Of a DNA stretch of 11,057 nucleotides, positions 1 to 7,324 are shown piece after piece. Position 1 is the first letter of the stretch. Every line of letters starts with the position of its first letter. Made by a program: the position numbers and the translations under genes. The notes beneath the pieces are model-generated. The model did no database searches. It was not told where the DNA came from and worked only from the letters and a program-made list of their open reading frames with translations. The stretch is from a virus: UHGV virus genome UHGV-0152719; one strand, given 5' to 3'.

Positions 1-88
1 GCATACATCGCCTTTATGAAAAGACAGGAAAAGATAAAATTTAAAAACAGTACATTACGAATGCTCAGACCTATCGTTTAAAGGAGTC

Positions 89-110
89 GCAATACACACT
101 GCAATACACG
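89..110. repeat. Two tandem copies of GCAATACAC(A/G) motif (left-end partner of the 10865-10918 repeats)
   Basis: gcaatacacac at 89-99 and gcaatacacg at 101-110; same motif and orientation as the three copies at 10865-10918. Confidence 0.5.
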
Positions 111-1019
111 ATTATTTATAAGATGAGCGGCATCCGTCATAAAGCTGGTGGATGCTTTTTCTATGCATATATGCACAGTTTTAGTGGGCGTTAATGTCGA
201 TATAGGGATCCCCATATCGAGATTGGATACCTGGCTTTTTTCCGGTTAACCTTTAATCAGGCTGGTGGGCTTTACCTGTTTTGTATGAGCGGTCATCATG
301 ACCATGCCATAACAAAAACCCCATATTCGTGGGTTTTCTGTGTTGTGGCTATTCTGCCGTTGCCGTGCTGGTGGATATTTCCGGTATGTGGCTCACCATA
401 TCGGCATCAGGCCCACCAGCGTGAAGCGTTTTTCATTTTTCGCGGGTAAGCCCCAAAATCTGGGTGTTACTCTTACTACCCAAACTACGGGTAGTTTCCG
501 TAGTTTCTGGTCGAGTTGCAGATCTGCAACTCACCCACCAGCTAACCCATTTTTGGGCCGTCGGGAATATCAACCAGTTACTGCCAGTGATCTGGATGTT
601 CTGCAGTCTGGCTGGTGGCTGGACGCTGATTTTTTGCGTACCTGTATCGGTTTCGTATCCGGTGGATGTTCTGCGTACTTTTCAGAGGCGGATTTCCGCC
701 CACGCCATTCTGGACCAGTTGAAGGGGCCGAATACATCACCGGATTTAGGGGATGTTCCCGGCCTCCTCAATTTGAGGATTGTGGAAGAATCAATGGGTT
801 AGTCTTACTGTCCCTCATTTCCTGCATTGCAGGTTTTCGAAATAATCAATGGGTTAGGCCATCGTGCAATTTTGCACTTTGCCAGCCAGCGCAATGTTGC
901 GTTATCGGGAATATCAGCACGTTACCGGCTTTCGTCATGTTAAACACTGGCCAGGCATCGCCATTCTTATCAATAAAATCACCAGGCTCAAAATTGAGCT
1001 TTGCTTTAATCTCAGCAAG

Positions 1020-1304
1020 TTACCGCCGTAACCGTTCCGGCTTCTTCCACTGGTAAGTTTTTTTCTCGCTCTCCTGATACATCGCCACACGTCGACGGTA
1101 TGCCAGCAACTCTAATACCCTGGTTCGTATGTCGCGCATATCCACGCCGTTAAGATCGATACCGTCACAGCGCATCACCTCAGCCACCACACGCGCGTAA
1201 TTTTCAGCGGTGACGGTATCAGGCTGCATGGCCTCCTGTGTGCCAGCCTGCTGGCTGATTCCGGTAACGCGGCGGATTAATCCCAGTAGTTCGGCTTCTG
1301 TCAT
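1020..1304 (-). CDS. Hypothetical protein (94 aa), last gene of the packaging operon
   Basis: ORF directly downstream of the Nu1-like gene on the same strand; ATG at 1304; no recognisable family; weak Shine-Dalgarno. Confidence 0.45.
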   Translation of the reverse strand: MTEAELLGLIRRVTGISQQAGTQEAMQPDTVTAENYARVVAEVMRCDGIDLNGVDMRDIRTRVLELLAYRRRVAMYQESEKKTYQWKKPERLRR

Positions 1305-1315
1305 AGTGCGCTACG

Positions 1316-1858
1316 TTACTTGTCTTTATCCGGCTGAAACTTATCAGGCACATTTCCGGTAGTTTCCATCAGATAATCGGACAGTATTCGCGGGATGTTT
1401 TCATCAAGTTTTGTGCATGCGTTACAGGCTCTGACAACTTCCTTTTTAAGTCCATCCAGCATAGCGGGGGTAATCTGTGGGAAGCGCCTTTGCATGGTAA
1501 GCGGCAAACTGTCCATGATTGAAGAAATCTGACTCGCCAGTTTTGAAAGCACATATATACAAAATTCCGTACTAATAACGTCGCCGCGTTCGCGCTCGTT
1601 TTTAAGCTCCTGCGCCTCCGCCTGCGCTGTCAGCAATCTGATCCTGACTCGCAAAAGTTCATCATTATCAATCTCGCCTTTGTCGTCTGTAATCTGGTTA
1701 ATTGCATTGCTAACCCGATTGTCTATTACGCTGGCAACATCATAAAACGCCTCGCGGCCTTTACGTTCAACGGGAGTCACTCCCCACTTGTCGAACGCTG
1801 TCGCACTTACACGGCAGCTTTGCGCCATGTTTTTTTTGTTCATCAGGTACGATTTCAT
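1316..1858 (-). CDS. terS: Terminase small subunit, lambda Nu1-like
   Basis: C-terminal two thirds (LTAQAEAQELKNERERGDVISTEFCIYVLSKLASQISSIMDSLPLTMQRRFP...IPRILSDYL) closely parallels lambda gpNu1 (LTRAQADAQELKNARDSAEVVETAFCTFVLSRIAGEIASILDGLPLSVQRRFP...IPGLLSEYI); N-terminus (MNKK...FDKWGV...EAFYDVASVI) resembles the Nu1 winged-HTH more loosely. Start uncertain: GTG 1870, ATG 1858 (GGGGA SD-like upstream, chosen), ATG 1843 (aligns with Nu1 MEVNKK). Confidence 0.8.
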   Translation of the reverse strand: MKSYLMNKKNMAQSCRVSATAFDKWGVTPVERKGREAFYDVASVIDNRVSNAINQITDDKGEIDNDELLRVRIRLLTAQAEAQELKNERERGDVISTEFCIYVLSKLASQISSIMDSLPLTMQRRFPQITPAMLDGLKKEVVRACNACTKLDENIPRILSDYLMETTGNVPDKFQPDKDK

Positions 1859-1968
1859 CAATATCCCCACTTAAGTAATGTTTCAGGTTGGTGTGTTGGT
1901 GTTATCTTTCCCTTTTTATTCATAGAGATAGAGCGAAAAACAAAACCACCACCAGCACCCGAAAAAGG

Positions 1969-2012
1969 CTCATAAATAGCGAAAACCCGCGCGCCTTCCG
2001 CCCCGTAGCCTG
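1969..2012 (-). other. Lambda-like cos site (cosN-equivalent plus adjacent conserved flank), upstream of terS
   Basis: Minus strand reads caggctacg-gggcggaaggcg-cgcgggttttcgctatttatga; lambda cos as recalled is caggttacg-gggcggcgacct-cgcgggttttcgctatttatga. 22 contiguous nt identical downstream of cosN, left half of the 12-nt cosN identical, right half differs at 6 positions. Position (about 150 bp upstream of terS start) mirrors the lambda cos-Nu1 arrangement. Confidence 0.6.
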
Positions 2013-2059
2013 CCGGATCGCCGGAAAGGACCCGCCAGCCAGAACGGGCCCTAATTTCA

Positions 2060-2443
2060 TCAACCAATCAACTTATAGCGACCATCCCGTGCATTGCGAC
2101 GTACACGCTCAATCTTGAGGCATAGCGCCGCATCTGGCTTTTTTGGGACAGGTACGCGGCAATATTCAGAAGATCGAGGAATATTGTTTATCCAGTCGAT
2201 CACTTCACTTAAATACCAGGCCTTACGCCCTTCCGTAACCTGTACGCGTTCGGGGAACTCTCCGCGAGCCTCAAGGTTTAGCAATGTGCGACGGCTAAGG
2301 GTAGTAAGTTCCATCACCTGATTCATATCAACAAGGCGTTCACTTAAACGCATTTTGTCAGCAATAGCCTTTAATTCCTCTACTGCTGGATCCGGATACA
2401 TCATTTCGGCAATTGGCTTAAGGTCATTGTAATGATTCTGCAT
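2060..2443 (-). CDS. AlpA-family (excisionase-like) helix-turn-helix DNA-binding protein, 127 aa
   Basis: Motif LTTLSRRTLLNLEARGEFPERVQVTEGRKAWYLSEVIDWI matches the AlpA/phage-excisionase HTH pattern (G-FP ... W..SEV..WI); ATG at 2443 preceded by AAGGGGGA Shine-Dalgarno. Confidence 0.6.
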   Translation of the reverse strand: MQNHYNDLKPIAEMMYPDPAVEELKAIADKMRLSERLVDMNQVMELTTLSRRTLLNLEARGEFPERVQVTEGRKAWYLSEVIDWINNIPRSSEYCRVPVPKKPDAALCLKIERVRRNARDGRYKLIG

Positions 2444-2454
2444 TGTATCCCCCT

Positions 2455-2796
2455 TTACACACGAGCCAGCGGCTGAACAGAAATACCTGAGCCAACAAAC
2501 GCGGCAACCTTTGCCGACAGTTCTTTTACAGACTCAGGCCAGTTCAGAGCATCAACATTTAAAACGCCTGTCTTATAAACCTGTGCCTGTGTTTTTTTCG
2601 CTGTGTCGATTTGTACAGCGGAAACATAAACCGCTTTACCTACGCTCGAACCATCCCATACCACCAGTGCACCTGTTGCATCTTCCTGCATCAGTGGCGT
2701 AAATGCAGGAATTACCCCTTTATTAGCTGAAAATATCCCCAGCGTAGTCACCAGTGCTTCAGTGCCAGCCATGAGTTCAGTGTAATGAGTAGCCAT
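2455..2796 (-). CDS. Head decoration protein, lambda gpD-like
   Basis: 113 aa; TPLMQEDATGALVVWDGSSVGKAV and NWPESVKELSAKVAAFVGSGISV parallel lambda gpD [24 protein letters not shown] and [33 protein letters not shown] Shine-Dalgarno before ATG at 2796. Confidence 0.8.
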   Translation of the reverse strand: MATHYTELMAGTEALVTTLGIFSANKGVIPAFTPLMQEDATGALVVWDGSSVGKAVYVSAVQIDTAKKTQAQVYKTGVLNVDALNWPESVKELSAKVAAFVGSGISVQPLARV

Positions 2797-2805
2797 TGCT
2801 CCCCC

Positions 2806-3852
2806 TTAGCCAATGCGAACGGTAACAAAACGATTGATGCGGGCCGGTATTGGCTGTGGTGCTGAATGTGTCTGCACATATTCAATAGCCGGATCACCAG
2901 GCACAATATAGTTTTTCGGTGCAAGTTCGGCTTTAGTCAGCCCCATTCGGATTAGCTCCGGATCCTGAATACCGCCATAGGCGACAATCCCCTGAAGAGC
3001 CGTATTGCCAAGCACCATCAAATCAGGATCAAGGAAATGTTTTTCAGTTCCGTCCTCGTCGGTATAACGCCCGCTGTATACAACAATCGCAACATCGCCC
3101 ATATACCCTTTAAAACTCACCGAATCACCAAGGTCTTTAAGAGCCGTTTCCAGTTCGGAATTAGAACCACGACGGGTATCCAGAGCCTCTTTTATCGCTC
3201 TGAATGAACGGTATTTCTTCCATACATTACCGCCCATAATGATGATATTAGTGACGCCCTCACTAAATTCTGCGTAGCTCTCAATATCATCATTTGGATC
3301 AAAAGTTTCTTTATCCTTACCTGACCACTCAGCACCGCCAGACTGAGTGATGATATTTTGTGGTTTAATATTCCAGTCCAGCTCATAACGTTCAATACCA
3401 TCGCCCTCAATGATATTTTTCCCCGTTGTGATTGCCTGAACGGCAAGCCATTCAATACGTGCACGAATAGCTTTAGCCTGATTTACAATCGCCTGTTTAA
3501 CTTTAATATTACGCGCTCCAAAAGCATTGTATTGCTCAGGTGATACACCAGCAGGGCGCACAGCTAACTTATTTGGATCAATGCTGCTTTTCGGCTTCAT
3601 ATAGCCTGGACGAATTGTTTTTGATTCGTACCCTTCGTCACGTGAAACTTTACTACCCACCATAGGAGAACAAAACGCTGCAATTGGGATATTTGGATCG
3701 TCGATTGTATCAAGAATAATATCGCGCGATTCAAACATTACCGAGCGAGTGAAAAACAAACTGGTAAACAACGCATTTAATTTTTTTTGCACATCTTCAG
3801 CATTAGCCACCTGCACAAGCTGTGTAGGCGAATATAAATCAACCATACTCAT
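2806..3852 (-). CDS. Major capsid protein, lambda gpE family
   Basis: Strong similarity to lambda gpE: NIITQSGGAEWSGKDKETFDPNDDIESYA ... RSFRAIKEALDTRRGSNSELETALKDLGDSVSFKGYMGDVAIVVYSGRY vs lambda NITQSGGTEWSKRDKSTYDPTDDIEAYA ... RSFKAVKEKLDTRRGSNSELETAVKDLGKAVSYKGMYGDVAIVVYSGQY. The ORF extends to 3933, but the MSMVDLY start (3852) matches the gpE N-terminus MSMYTT; the alternative ATG at 3846 has better SD spacing. Confidence 0.85.
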   Translation of the reverse strand: MSMVDLYSPTQLVQVANAEDVQKKLNALFTSLFFTRSVMFESRDIILDTIDDPNIPIAAFCSPMVGSKVSRDEGYESKTIRPGYMKPKSSIDPNKLAVRPAGVSPEQYNAFGARNIKVKQAIVNQAKAIRARIEWLAVQAITTGKNIIEGDGIERYELDWNIKPQNIITQSGGAEWSGKDKETFDPNDDIESYAEFSEGVTNIIIMGGNVWKKYRSFRAIKEALDTRRGSNSELETALKDLGDSVSFKGYMGDVAIVVYSGRYTDEDGTEKHFLDPDLMVLGNTALQGIVAYGGIQDPELIRMGLTKAELAPKNYIVPGDPAIEYVQTHSAPQPIPARINRFVTVRIG

Positions 3853-4017
3853 CCTCTTTACATTCATTACAAATAATTGTGAATATATTCTATTACCGAT
3901 GTCTGCTATGCGAATACATGCAACCAAGTGCAATGTTGTATAAAATATGCCGTAACAACTTCAGTGCTGATAATTCGTGTTAATGTATTTACTTCCTTTG
4001 GTTGGGATTTATGTAGC

Positions 4018-4057
4018 ATGCCGGAAAATCTATTTTTTTCCGGCATCTTTTTGTTTG
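4018..4057 (+). terminator. Hairpin plus T-tract (intrinsic-terminator-like) in the ssb-capsid intergenic region
   Basis: atgccggaaaa / ttttccggcat inverted repeat (4018-4046) followed by ctttttgtttg; the U-tract is on the plus strand, so it would stop antisense or convergent transcription. Function uncertain. Confidence 0.4.
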
Positions 4058-4063
4058 CAGAAT

Positions 4064-4486
4064 TTAAAACGGTATATTATCGCCGTACGGATCATCATTC
4101 CCCGACTGTTGTTTTGCCCTGTTCAGTGCGTCAGTGGCCTGCCCCTGCTGGCCTTTTTTGCCGCCCGGTCGCGCCGTTCGCGCACTGATTACGCTGTCTG
4201 CGATAACCTGCCAGCCCCGCCGCGTTTCGCCGTTCTGGCCTGTCCACTGGCTTACCTGCATGTTACCCGCCACGCTCACCAGTTCGCCTTTGTGGTGTTT
4301 TGCCAGTGCGTCGGCCTGTCTGCCAAACGCCAGGACGGATAACCACATCGTCGCCGTTCCGTCATCTGCCTGGCTGCACGGCAGGGGAACCGCCATACTC
4401 GCCATCGCCATTTGTGTCCCTTTGCTGGTGGTCTTTAACTGCGGGTCAGCCACCAGCCGCCCGTAAGCCGCTATCTGTGCTGTCAT
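4064..4486 (-). CDS. ssb: Single-stranded DNA-binding protein (SSB-like OB fold with acidic C-terminal IPF tip)
   Basis: WLSVLAFGRQADALAKHHKGELVSVAGNMQVSQWTGQNGETRRGWQVIADSV parallels E. coli SSB [52 protein letters not shown]; Gly/Gln-rich linker; C-terminus DDPYGDNIPF resembles the SSB DDDIPF tail. Start ATG overlaps the upstream gene's stop (ATGA). Confidence 0.7.
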   Translation of the reverse strand: MTAQIAAYGRLVADPQLKTTSKGTQMAMASMAVPLPCSQADDGTATMWLSVLAFGRQADALAKHHKGELVSVAGNMQVSQWTGQNGETRRGWQVIADSVISARTARPGGKKGQQGQATDALNRAKQQSGNDDPYGDNIPF

Positions 4487-4740
4487 GCTGTCTGCTCTCC
4501 GGTTTTAACATTGATGGTTGTCACCTGTTCCGCTTCGGCAATCTCCCGTTCTGTCAGCGTGGCAAAGTTTGCAGCCGCCGTTGTCATGAATGCGCTTATC
4601 AGTTCTGGATGTGCTTTCGCGTATCCTTCCCCGGCGTTGCGATCTATTGCCTTAATCGCCACCCTTAGCCAGTGTTCAGCCATATCAAGGGCACGGTAAT
4701 GTGGCTTTATATGTTTGTTCAGTTTTCCTGATGTGTGCAT
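4483..4740 (-). CDS. Hypothetical protein (85 aa)
   Basis: ORF with GAGGGGG SD-like sequence upstream of ATG at 4740; stop overlaps ssb start (translational coupling); no family recognised. Confidence 0.5.
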   Translation of the reverse strand: MHTSGKLNKHIKPHYRALDMAEHWLRVAIKAIDRNAGEGYAKAHPELISAFMTTAAANFATLTEREIAEAEQVTTINVKTGEQTA

Positions 4741-4786
4741 TTTTATTTTTACCCCCTCGTTTAAAAAGTTTTGAAATGTGGTGCAC

Positions 4787-5014
4787 CTCCTCTACCTCTC
4801 TACCTAATCATCTTTCAGGTCAGTAATGGCGCGGCTTTCAGATGGGTAGAGGGCTTTCGGGGCCCTCTACCCATCCTCTACCCGCCCCTCACAAATGACC
4901 TTAATCATGGTGGAGGAGGTAGAGGGCTTTTATTTGCCTTCTACCTGGCCCTCTACCTGCTTATCATATTGAATAATATATATTTATTTTCTTTAGGTAG
5001 AGGAGGTAGAGGGC
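4787..5014. repeat. Iteron array with AT-rich core: putative origin of replication
   Basis: Ten copies of an 8-bp motif in both orientations: CCTCTACC at 4789, 4864, 4875, 4950; variants TCTCTACC 4797 and TTCTACC 4939; GGTAGAGG at 4845, 4918, 4996, 5006; three carry the longer form GGTAGAGGGCTTT. AT-rich stretch 4958-4995. Sits immediately 3' of the primase-helicase gene. Confidence 0.65.
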
Positions 5015-5026
5015 TTTTGTCTAAAA

Positions 5027-6781
5027 TTATAAAAACGCGTCGCAATCCTCTGTTGTTGTCACATTGGTTTGCGTAAGTCCTTTAACCCTGCGCGTTATAT
5101 ATTCACATCCGTAAACTTTCGCCGCTGGCTTCATGGCCTTGCTGAAATCAGCCACGTTTAGCGGCTTGCTTCTGCCTGCGTATGCCATAAACGCCAGATA
5201 GACGCGGTAAAGGCTGTTTCTGGTCGTGTACTTCACGGAATCGCCACCGCCACCCATCATCAGGCCGCGCGCTTCCTCCAGAAAATTCAGAAACTGGCAA
5301 AACTCAATAACCGGATCCGTCTGTTGCTTTATCGCCAGTGCTTCTTCACCGTCGCGCTGTTCAATCAACAAATGTCGCGCCTTTTCTGGATCAGCAAAGT
5401 TTGCCAGCAATCTGCGGATAATCACGGGGATTTCAGCCGCGACCTTCTCCGGTAAATCCTTGTCCTTTTCTGCCTCGCTAACGATATTGTCGAAGCGGAA
5501 AATTACGCGACGACGTGACACACCTCCGGCCCGTTCGGTGAATATCATCGGGTTATTGTTGGTAGCCAGCACCACCGCCCTGATTACCGCCGTAAAACGC
5601 TTTTCATATTTCGGGTTTATTTCCACGGGGTCGCCGCCCGTGATTTTCTTGATGCCCGTGCCTTCGCCTGTATATTTCGGCTGGTCAGCCAGGACGATAA
5701 GACGACTCCCGACAACCTGAGCACGCCCACCAGCATCATCAAGCGAAGTCATTTCAGCGCTTACCGTGTTCTGTTTCCCTGCCAGAAGGCTGGCTATGTG
5801 CGTGAATGTACTCTTTCCGCTCCCGCCGTCTCCGGTGGCCTCAATAAACATCTGCCAGTCGTACCGGTTCGCCATAATCATGTACAGCGCGGCACATATA
5901 CGCATCATCTTGCGTGGGTCTTTTCCGGCTGCGTGATCAAGCCATTTATGAAAGTTTGGCGCGTTGTCGCGGATGTTCTCCCCTGGTGCTGGTGGCGTGT
6001 ACTCAATGCCGTTGTGCGTGGTGATCCAGTTCTCCGGCGAGTGCGGGGAAAATTCCCCCGTTTTCAGATTAAGCACACCATTAGTGAACGGTAGCAAATC
6101 GCCAGACGGCTCGCCCATTGGTTCGGCAATAACTTTTAACGCTTCCACGGCGTTATTGATTGCGCGCTTGCTGAAAGTGGCCCTGTGCTCTGAATAGATC
6201 GCCACCATTTCGCGGCTAAGTTCCATTGTGCTGACCGGACACCATACCCCGCCGCGCCATACGTGAACGATTTCACTTTCAGGATGTACGCAAACGCCAT
6301 CAAAGCGATCGGCAAGCAACTGCGCGCGCTCACTGTCCGCCATCTGCGAAAGTTGCGCCTTTTGCTTTACCGGAAGCTCAATGACCAGACCATCAGAAAG
6401 ATTCTGGCGTTCACGGGCCAGATATTCGCGCCAGTTCTGCACCTCCTGGCCGTGCATACCCTCAGGATAAAAATTTGCATCCTGTACGCCTGCTGCCGCC
6501 AGCTTCTGACCAATCGCCTTTATCATTACAGGCGCAAGATATCCGGCCCTGTATATGCGTGCTGATTTTCGGCCTTCCGGCACAATTTGCAGATTATCCA
6601 GTTCGGATAGCTGCTGCTCCCCAAGCCACACAGGAGGCTCATTATCTCCGGCCATACGCGCATCATGTTCCTGCCATTGTTTCGCGTGTGCCCAGGCATC
6701 ACTACCCGCAAAAATAATGACTTCTGTTCCTTTGTGTTTTATGCCGCGTGACTGCTGTTTTACGTTCGGTGCCAGTTTCAT
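5027..6781 (-). CDS. Primase-helicase, phage/plasmid P4-alpha-like (Walker A GDGGSGKS)
   Basis: 584-aa ORF; Walker A motif TGDGGSGKST followed by helicase-like region; N-terminal primase-like portion; typical P4/PICI pri-rep size and position next to iterons; start ATG overlaps upstream gene stop. Confidence 0.85.
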   Translation of the reverse strand: MKLAPNVKQQSRGIKHKGTEVIIFAGSDAWAHAKQWQEHDARMAGDNEPPVWLGEQQLSELDNLQIVPEGRKSARIYRAGYLAPVMIKAIGQKLAAAGVQDANFYPEGMHGQEVQNWREYLARERQNLSDGLVIELPVKQKAQLSQMADSERAQLLADRFDGVCVHPESEIVHVWRGGVWCPVSTMELSREMVAIYSEHRATFSKRAINNAVEALKVIAEPMGEPSGDLLPFTNGVLNLKTGEFSPHSPENWITTHNGIEYTPPAPGENIRDNAPNFHKWLDHAAGKDPRKMMRICAALYMIMANRYDWQMFIEATGDGGSGKSTFTHIASLLAGKQNTVSAEMTSLDDAGGRAQVVGSRLIVLADQPKYTGEGTGIKKITGGDPVEINPKYEKRFTAVIRAVVLATNNNPMIFTERAGGVSRRRVIFRFDNIVSEAEKDKDLPEKVAAEIPVIIRRLLANFADPEKARHLLIEQRDGEEALAIKQQTDPVIEFCQFLNFLEEARGLMMGGGGDSVKYTTRNSLYRVYLAFMAYAGRSKPLNVADFSKAMKPAAKVYGCEYITRRVKGLTQTNVTTTEDCDAFL

Positions 6782-7077
6782 TTTTTACCTCTGAATCCGT
6801 TAATCATGGTTTTCATTTTCTGGATATTTCCCCACGCTTTTTCCCTGCTGATGGGCTTACTGCGGGGTGCGGCATATACCAGGGAAAAATCACGCCGGAA
6901 CTGATAAACAGGCATCACGCAGTCATAGCTATACCCCTCACGGCGGTAAGTGATGCGCCGTTCTGCCACGCCTTTAATCGTTACCGTGCCGCCGTATTTA
7001 TCGCGGTAAATATCGCCGTTCATAAATTCAGGACGAGCGGGGCCGCTGGCATTAACACCAGTATTTTTCATTCCCAT
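6778..7077 (-). CDS. Hypothetical protein (99 aa), translationally coupled to primase
   Basis: ORF whose stop overlaps the primase ATG (ATGA); no recognised family. Confidence 0.5.
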   Translation of the reverse strand: MGMKNTGVNASGPARPEFMNGDIYRDKYGGTVTIKGVAERRITYRREGYSYDCVMPVYQFRRDFSLVYAAPRSKPISREKAWGNIQKMKTMINGFRGKK

Positions 7078-7081
7078 ATAA

Positions 7082-7324
7082 TTAAATTCCGTTTGTGTGG
7101 TGTTTTAATTCGTGAATTTTTTCTAACGCTCTGTTTATCTTGCTGGTCGAAATATCCAGTAATTCAGAAATGGCAAAGTTCAGTCTTGCCGTTGACTCGT
7201 CACGCTCGCAATTTGTCAGCGATTCAAACCAGACGTTAATAATCTCACTTACGGCATTGTTGTAAGATATTGCGCTTTGTGTGAGTTCATTCAGTTCATG
7301 AATCACGCGCTCATTATTGTTCAT
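7082..7324 (-). CDS. Hypothetical protein (80 aa)
   Basis: ORF with GAGGGAGAG Shine-Dalgarno upstream of ATG at 7324; part of a tightly packed minus-strand operon. Confidence 0.5.
   Translation of the reverse strand: MNNNERVIHELNELTQSAISYNNAVSEIINVWFESLTNCERDESTARLNFAISELLDISTSKINRALEKIHELKHHTNGI

Noticed and set aside
1-88. tRNA or tmRNA integration target at the left end, and a partial ORF 1-81
   Set aside because: No cloverleaf-compatible sequence or conserved tRNA features seen at either window end; the 26-codon partial ORF is too short to support.
340-1056. 238-aa plus-strand ORF
   Set aside because: Cys/Trp/Phe/Arg-rich composition atypical of real proteins, no Shine-Dalgarno, a GTG-type start, overlaps the 3' end of the minus-strand 94-aa gene and spans a repeat/palindrome-rich region; most likely a chance ORF in non-coding DNA.
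1858-2118. 69-aa minus and 76-aa plus ORFs across the terS-upstream intergenic region
   Set aside because: They cover the cos-like site and intergenic DNA; Gly/Ala-rich or low-complexity translations; the region is better explained as a cis-acting packaging site.
3358-4466. Plus-strand ORFs antisense to the capsid and ssb genes (61-121 aa)
   Set aside because: Antisense shadow ORFs with no RBS and no recognisable motifs.
4787-5014. Possible CRISPR array
   Set aside because: Repeats are only 8 bp, occur in both orientations with irregular spacing, and there are no spacer-like unique units or cas genes; iterons are the better explanation.
4771-5076. 101-aa plus-strand ORF over the iteron region
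   Set aside because: Translation is dominated by the GGTAGAGG repeats; artefact of the iteron array and AT-rich origin core.
5226-6794. Several plus-strand ORFs (164, 98, 77, 100, 80, 79 aa) inside the primase-helicase gene
   Set aside because: All antisense to a long, well-supported CDS; typical shadow ORFs.
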